Below, piece after piece: positions 58,151 through 64,000 of a stretch of 64,000 nucleotides of DNA; the first letter of the stretch is position 1, and each line of letters opens with the position of its first letter. The stretch spans positions 1,472,001 to 1,536,000 of the forward strand of contig CAVYRW010000004.1 of NCBI GenBank assembly GCA_963771045.1, in the 5' to 3' direction. Under the pieces are notes generated by a model. That model saw nothing but the letters and a program-made list of their open reading frames with translations. It was not told the DNA's origin and ran no database searches. The position numbers and the translations under genes were made by a program. This stretch comes from Waddliaceae bacterium (lineage in GTDB: Bacteria; Chlamydiota; Chlamydiia; Chlamydiales; SLFE01).

Positions 58151-60664
58151 TCAATTGTGTTGAAAGAGAAGCATCTGATGTTCGGCAGCCGCCCGTTTCT
58201 GTTTTGGCGGCTTTTTCTTTGCCTGCGTGGGTTCGAACGCGCTTTTTCGATTGGCGTTTTCTTCCAAATGCTCGAGGATGTCTTTGGCTCGGCCAAGAAC
58301 CCAGGTTGGCATGCCGGCCAATTTGGCGACGTGGATCCCGTAGCTTTTATCGGTTCCGCCTTTTACGATTTTGTGAAGAAAGATAATGTGGTCCTCGCAC
58401 TCTTCAACCGAGACGTTGTAATTGACCGCTCCGGAAATGCGCTGCTCAAGCTTGGTCAGCTCCCAATAATGCGTTGCGAATAGGGTTTTGGCTCTTTTTC
58501 CTTCGGCGGTGAGGAGATATTCGGCGACAGACCAGGCAATCGATATGCCGTCGTAGGTGCTCGTTCCCCGTCCGATTTCATCCAGGATAACAAGTGAGCG
58601 ATCCGTGGCATTGTTCAAAATATTGGCCGTTTCGGTCATCTCCACCATGAAGGTCGACTGCCCGCGGGACAGGTCGTCGCTCGCTCCAATTCTAGTAAAG
58701 ACTTTATCAACGATCCCAAGAGACGCGCTAGCGGCCGGTACAAACGACCCCATCTGAGCCATAATTGAAATGAGCGCAACTTGCCTGATGTAAGTGGACT
58801 TGCCGGCCATATTGGGGCCTGTAATCAGAAGGAGACGCTCCTCGTTGCTTAAAAGTGTGTCGTTCGGAACAAACCGATCTGTTGTGCCTGACTTTTCAAT
58901 GACAGGGTGGCGGCCGTCGGAAATCTCGATGCAGTCTTCTCCGTGGACCTTCGGCCTGCAGTAGTTGTTTCCTTCAGCCGCTTCCGCAAGGCTCCTCAAA
59001 GTGTCCACTAGAGCAATATTTTTGGCCATAGCCACAACCTGCCGGGAATATCGGGCAACATCCTTCTTGATCGAATTAAAGAGTTCAATTTCGATTCCCC
59101 CGATTTTTTCTTCCGCTGTCAGAACTTTGTTTTCGTACTGTTTGAGTTCAGGGCTGATGTAGCGCTCGGAGTTAACTAAAGTCTGCCGGCGGTGAAATGA
59201 CGAAGACATCTTTTCTGTCTGCCCTTTGCTCACCTCGATGTAATAGCCGAACATGCGGTTGTAGCCCACTTTCAATGTTTTGATTCCGAACTGCTCCCTT
59301 AAATGGGTCTGATAACAGGCGATCCAGTCCTTACTGTCTTTACTGATTTTTCTCAGTTCGTCGAGTTCGGCATGGTACCCGTCTCGTATAATGTTGCCGT
59401 CGGAGACGCGGACCGGAGGCTCGTCTTTAATCGCGCGGGCAATCAAGCTTGTCACATCTGTCAACGGATCAAGGTGCTTTGCCGCTTCCGCAAGAAGCTC
59501 TCCCTTGGCTTTTCCGCATAGGGCTTTTAGCTCGGGGACCGTTTCTAAAGAACTGCGAAGAGCTGCAAGATCTCTCGGAGACGCTGAGTTGCTTGTAATT
59601 CTTGCCATCAGCCTTTCAATATCCCGCACATATTTGAGCTTATCTGCAATCTCCCTCATCCAAAGAGGGGCCCGATAAAACTCCTCGACCGCATCTTGCC
59701 GGGCCTCAATCTCGTTTGCAGACAGTAAAGGCTGCTTGACCCAATGCCTGAGCATGCGTCCTCCCATGGGAGTGCATGTTTTGTCGAGAACGTGCAAAAG
59801 GGTATTTTTTCGGACATTATTGTGCAAAGGCTCTGTCAGCTCCAAATTTCGCTGGGTCATGGAATCCAGGACCATAAACTGAGACGTCGAGTAAGTCGCA
59901 ATGTCTTGAATGTGGTCGATATTGTGAAGAAGCGTGTCCTTAAGATAGCTTAGCAAAGCCCCGGCAGCGTTGATGCCGGCCACCTTCCCTTTCAATCCGA
60001 AACCATCGAGATTCTGAACGTGAAAATGATTGACCAGCGTTCCGCAGCTCAGTTTGTGATCAAAACGCCACTCCTCCTGAACTGTCAGAAGAAACTTATA
60101 GGAGAGCTTGAGCTGTTCGATAAATTTAACGTGTTTTTGCCGAAACTTTTGCGAAGAAAGAAATTCGGCAGGACGGAGACGGTAGATTTCATTGAACAGG
60201 TCAACTTCGTCTTCAAACTCTGAGGCATAAAATTCTCCGGTTGTCAGATCGGCATAGGCAAGTCCCAGGATAGATCCAACCTGTGCGATTGAAGCGAAAA
60301 AGTTGTTGGCATTCTCCTGAATCAGAGACGAGTTAACAATGGTGCCCGGCGTCACAACCCTGACAATTTCCCGTTTAACCAAGCCGCTGGCTTTTGCAGG
60401 ATCTTCGGTCTGTTCCGCAATGGCGACGCAGTATCCCTTGGCGACAAGGCGTTCGATATAGGTTTCGCACGTATGCAAAGGAACCCCTGCCATCGGGATT
60501 TCCTGCCGCTTTGTCAATGTCAGATCAAGCACCTCGGAAATCTTGACAGCATCGTCATAAAAAGCTTCATAGAAATCGCCCATCTGAAAGAGAAGCAAAG
60601 CCTCTTTTGCCTGTTCTTTGCAGGCATTCCATTGCTGCATCATGGGGGTCGTTTTCGTGCTCAT
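58151..60664 (-). CDS. mutS: DNA mismatch repair protein MutS
   Basis: TPMMQQW, GDFYEAF, ITGPNMAGKSTYIRQ, STFMVEM, DEIGRGTSTYDG and SYGIHVAKLAG. Confidence 0.98.
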   Translation of the reverse strand: MSTKTTPMMQQWNACKEQAKEALLLFQMGDFYEAFYDDAVKISEVLDLTLTKRQEIPMAGVPLHTCETYIERLVAKGYCVAIAEQTEDPAKASGLVKREIVRVVTPGTIVNSSLIQENANNFFASIAQVGSILGLAYADLTTGEFYASEFEDEVDLFNEIYRLRPAEFLSSQKFRQKHVKFIEQLKLSYKFLLTVQEEWRFDHKLSCGTLVNHFHVQNLDGFGLKGKVAGINAAGALLSYLKDTLLHNIDHIQDIATYSTSQFMVLDSMTQRNLELTEPLHNNVRKNTLLHVLDKTCTPMGGRMLRHWVKQPLLSANEIEARQDAVEEFYRAPLWMREIADKLKYVRDIERLMARITSNSASPRDLAALRSSLETVPELKALCGKAKGELLAEAAKHLDPLTDVTSLIARAIKDEPPVRVSDGNIIRDGYHAELDELRKISKDSKDWIACYQTHLREQFGIKTLKVGYNRMFGYYIEVSKGQTEKMSSSFHRRQTLVNSERYISPELKQYENKVLTAEEKIGGIEIELFNSIKKDVARYSRQVVAMAKNIALVDTLRSLAEAAEGNNYCRPKVHGEDCIEISDGRHPVIEKSGTTDRFVPNDTLLSNEERLLLITGPNMAGKSTYIRQVALISIMAQMGSFVPAASASLGIVDKVFTRIGASDDLSRGQSTFMVEMTETANILNNATDRSLVILDEIGRGTSTYDGISIAWSVAEYLLTAEGKRAKTLFATHYWELTKLEQRISGAVNYNVSVEECEDHIIFLHKIVKGGTDKSYGIHVAKLAGMPTWVLGRAKDILEHLEENANRKSAFEPTQAKKKPPKQKRAAAEHQMLLFQHN

Positions 60665-60688
60665 ACCGCAAAAACTTTAACATCAATT

Positions 60689-62629
60689 TCAGAGATCCGC
60701 AAGAAAAATCATGATATCGGAAACTTCCCGGATCATCTGGCATGTGGACCGGCCATCGCGATGACCGGTGTCTCGATAAACGCGGAGAAGAATCGGCTTT
60801 TCCGAAGCCTGCGCCTGCTGAAGAGCTGCTGCAAATTTGTAGCTGTGCAGTGGAACGACGCAATCGTCATGATCGCTTGTCGTGATTAAAGTTGCCGGGT
60901 AGGACGTCCCTTTTCTGACATTGTGCAAAGGAGAATAAGAGAAAAGATTAGCGCGGTCTTCGGGATTGTCCGGATCACCATACTCGCTTTTCCAGCACCA
61001 GCCGATCGTGTACCGATGAAACTTGAGCATATCCAGCACTCCGACTTGCGGGATAGCAGCGCCGAATAAATCGGGCCTCTGCAACATAGCCGCTCCAACA
61101 AGAAGTCCCCCGTTGCTTCTGCCGTTGATCGTCAGTTTTTTCGAAGATGTATAGCCCTTCTCTACAAGCCATTCGGCAGCGGAGATAAAGTCGTCAAAAA
61201 CATTTTGCTTGTTCTTTCCCCTGCCGGCATCATGCCACTCGGGACCATATTCCCCGCCGCCGCGCAAGTTGGCCGAAATGTAAATTCCCCCGCTGTCAAG
61301 CCAGGAGAGGGCCAGCAAGGAAAAACAGGGCGTTAAAGGGAGATTAAAACCTCCATAGCCATAGAGCAGAGCAGGGGTGCTTTTATCAATTTTGCTCCCC
61401 TTTTTCCGGATTATGAACATTGGCAAGATGGCTCCGTCTTTGCTTTCGAAAAAGACCTGCTCGGCCGCATAATCAGAGGGATTCCAGCAAATTGAAGGGC
61501 GAAACACACAGCTTGTTTTACCCTCCATCTTGTGCTGAAAAATGGTTGACGGATTGACAAAGTCAGTATAACTAAAATAGAGGTTCGATCCACCGCTTGA
61601 TAACTCAACGCTTCCCATTCCGGGAAGCTCGATATTGTAGAGAAACTCCCCTTCGAGACTAAAAACTTTTAACTCGGAGACAGCATGTTTCATGTAATTG
61701 CAGACCAGACAATTCCCGACAACAGCCGCATCGGCAAGATTATCATCCACCGGCGGGATAATCACCTTTGATTCGGCAGGATTTAGAGGATTGATTTGTA
61801 TGAGAGCCCGTTTATTTTCAATAACAAAAATGAGCCCTTCCCTTTCATCGACAAATTGATAGGAAGCTCGGCGGGAAGGGGCCGCCTCCATTTGCTGCCC
61901 GCTTTTTAAATTCAAGAGAAGGAGCCCATTTTCTCTTTCCAGCAACTCCCGAATGATCAGAAGCAGGTAATCACCTTCCAAAATGACCTTCGGTTCAAAT
62001 AGCAGTTGATTTTCGACCTCCGGAACAAAGAGGCATGAATCCTCGTTTTGCGGAGTGCCAAGGCGATGGTAAAAGACCCCTTGTTTTGTTTCAGAAATGA
62101 ACTTGAGGTAATAAACACCGCGGCTATCCATTGACCATTGAGGAGCATTAAACTTAATTCCCGTCAAGACATCGGGAAGAGTCTTCCCCGATTCCAAGTC
62201 GATAAAATGCCAGTTCTGCAAATCGCTCCCACCATAGGATAAACCATAGGCTGCCTTGGTCCCTTCTTTGTCAACCTCGAATGCAGACAAGGATATCGTT
62301 CCCTCGTCCGATAAAGCATTGGGATCCACAAGTACGGTTTGGCCATATTTTAAAACGGCCTGTTTTTTCCCTGGGCCAAGATATGTATAAAATAGATGGC
62401 TTTCTCTCTCAATGGGAAGAGTCGTCTCATCATAAGCCGCCAGCTCCCCGACGCGGTTTTCAATTGCCTCCCGAGATTTATGATTGAACAAATAGCGGTC
62501 GGTCTTCTCATTCTGTTCTTCCGTCCATTCTAAAACTGCCGGAGAATCCATCTCCTCCAGCCAGGCGTAGGGATCCTGCTCCGCAGCTAAGCGGAAAACA
62601 AACAAAATTACCAAAAAAGTTTTATTCAT
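60689..62629 (-). CDS. Prolyl oligopeptidase (S9A), secreted
   Basis: Signal peptide, DPYAWLE, YGYGGF, RGGGEYG, catalytic GRSNGG, DHDD.V and TGH. Confidence 0.93.
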   Translation of the reverse strand: MNKTFLVILFVFRLAAEQDPYAWLEEMDSPAVLEWTEEQNEKTDRYLFNHKSREAIENRVGELAAYDETTLPIERESHLFYTYLGPGKKQAVLKYGQTVLVDPNALSDEGTISLSAFEVDKEGTKAAYGLSYGGSDLQNWHFIDLESGKTLPDVLTGIKFNAPQWSMDSRGVYYLKFISETKQGVFYHRLGTPQNEDSCLFVPEVENQLLFEPKVILEGDYLLLIIRELLERENGLLLLNLKSGQQMEAAPSRRASYQFVDEREGLIFVIENKRALIQINPLNPAESKVIIPPVDDNLADAAVVGNCLVCNYMKHAVSELKVFSLEGEFLYNIELPGMGSVELSSGGSNLYFSYTDFVNPSTIFQHKMEGKTSCVFRPSICWNPSDYAAEQVFFESKDGAILPMFIIRKKGSKIDKSTPALLYGYGGFNLPLTPCFSLLALSWLDSGGIYISANLRGGGEYGPEWHDAGRGKNKQNVFDDFISAAEWLVEKGYTSSKKLTINGRSNGGLLVGAAMLQRPDLFGAAIPQVGVLDMLKFHRYTIGWCWKSEYGDPDNPEDRANLFSYSPLHNVRKGTSYPATLITTSDHDDCVVPLHSYKFAAALQQAQASEKPILLRVYRDTGHRDGRSTCQMIREVSDIMIFLADL

Positions 62630-63827
62630 TAAAAATGTTATAATCCTTCAAATAAATAGGATCAACCAGAAAACGCTTCCAGTACAATCTCGAAATAAAG
62701 GGAATATTCATAAATTTGCTGGCTTGATTTCTCAACCATATTTTAAACGAGGAAGGAGGAACGAAAGATTGCACAAACGAATCTGCGGTCTTTTGTTTTT
62801 TCTCGACAAAGTCCATAAAAAAATTTTCAAAATTTTTGAAGCCCTCAATATAATTCCCCTCTGCCCGGTACAGCTCTCCTGCCAGAATATAGGCGCCGGC
62901 CATAGCCAAAGCCGCCCCCTGGCCTGAAAGCAAAGACGGGCAAAAGGCCGCATCGCCCAATAAGGCGACCCTTCCTTTCGACCAGGAATTCATCGTAATC
63001 TGACTGACCGAGTCGAAGTAGAAATCCGTTGCAGAATCAAGCCGCTCCAGAAACCCTTCCGTTTCCCACTTTTCTCCTCTGAAATTTTCAATAACAACCT
63101 GTTTTTGATAGTCGATGTCATCAAAATGACAATCCAATTTTTGCGCTCTTTTAAAAATAAAAAAAACCGCAATCTTATTCTCTCTAAGGGAATAGACGGC
63201 CGCCTGCTTATCAGGGATAGAGTACATTGAATAGTTGGATTTAATTTTGTCTCCCAGAAAATTATCCGTAGTGAAAGAAGCGACGTAATAGCCAAGATAG
63301 CGTTCATAATCGGAAAGGGGCCCGAAAGCCAGCGACCTGACTTTCGAGTGCAGGCCGTCAGCGCCTATGACCAGATCAAATGTTTGATCTCCACTGTTTT
63401 TAAAGGAAACGGCAACACCCTCGGCACTTTGCACAAGCGAGGTGATCTCATCACCGAAGATATAATCAACCCGATTCTTCGTTTCATCGTAGAGTACTTT
63501 TGACAAATCGCTTCTCAAAAAGCTAATGAGCCTCCGGTCGATGACATCGAGAGCCTGTTTAATAAGTATTTTCCCTTTGACTTCGCCTTGGCCTCCAAGA
63601 AAAACTAGCTCTTCAATTGAATAGCTCAGGGATTTGAGCTTGTCTAAAATACCCATTTTCTCGGCGGCATCATACCCTGCGCCCCAAAAATCGATGACAT
63701 ATCCCCCTTCCCTGATCTTTGGAAACCGCTCGACAACTGTCGGATTAAACCCATAGCGGCAAAGCCAATAAGCCAGCGCCGAGCCTGCAATCCCCGCACC
63801 CGAAATGAGAATATTCTTGTTTTTCAT
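62622..63827 (-). CDS. FAD-dependent monooxygenase
   Basis: ISGAGIAG, DLVIGADGLHS and GRVALLGDAAFCPS..GQG. Confidence 0.9.
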   Translation of the reverse strand: MKNKNILISGAGIAGSALAYWLCRYGFNPTVVERFPKIREGGYVIDFWGAGYDAAEKMGILDKLKSLSYSIEELVFLGGQGEVKGKILIKQALDVIDRRLISFLRSDLSKVLYDETKNRVDYIFGDEITSLVQSAEGVAVSFKNSGDQTFDLVIGADGLHSKVRSLAFGPLSDYERYLGYYVASFTTDNFLGDKIKSNYSMYSIPDKQAAVYSLRENKIAVFFIFKRAQKLDCHFDDIDYQKQVVIENFRGEKWETEGFLERLDSATDFYFDSVSQITMNSWSKGRVALLGDAAFCPSLLSGQGAALAMAGAYILAGELYRAEGNYIEGFKNFENFFMDFVEKKQKTADSFVQSFVPPSSFKIWLRNQASKFMNIPFISRLYWKRFLVDPIYLKDYNIFNE

Positions 63828-64000
63828 GAAGCCTTAGCTCCTTTTAACGCCAGCCCCCACAGCATAACAAAAATTTAAAATAAGAATCCGTATAACACAA
63901 GGCATAATGCCTCCATAGTCAGTCAAAGTTATCAGCAGATTTATGCTTTTTGCAACGCACTCCTTTTTTACGATTTCCTGTTCAATACGACTAAAGGAAT

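Noticed and set aside
63830..64000. Possible 3' end of a minus-strand gene at the window edge
   Set aside because: An open frame exists but is too short and featureless to support a call.

Overview
Chromosomal window of what looks like an environmental chlamydia (Chlamydiota, Parachlamydiales-like). This taxonomic call is inferred from gene content, CCA-less tRNA-Thr/Tyr genes and many eukaryote-like proteins. Housekeeping and metabolic genes include deaD-like, typA, ttcA, yhhQ, dps, catalase, mntR, mutS and a prolyl oligopeptidase. Candidate host-directed effectors include ankyrin, TPR and LRR proteins, a RasGAP-domain protein with an intact arginine finger and a ZFAND-type AN1 zinc finger. 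A five-gene operon (membrane protein - mntR - catalase - small protein - SMP-30) is preceded by two tandem MntR-like palindromic operators. Other clusters are a RimK/GCS2/FGase/C39 amidoligase cluster and a MoxR ATPase with a TraB-like/degenerate-VWA partner lying between tRNA-modification genes. An IS-rich block at 43.7-58.0 kb holds nested ISAs1>IS66>IS256, IS4, ISCR/IS91-like copies and a small IS200/IS605-like MITE. Many genes at 3.4-10.9 kb and 24.3-27.4 kb carry single-base frameshifts that are most likely sequencing or assembly errors.
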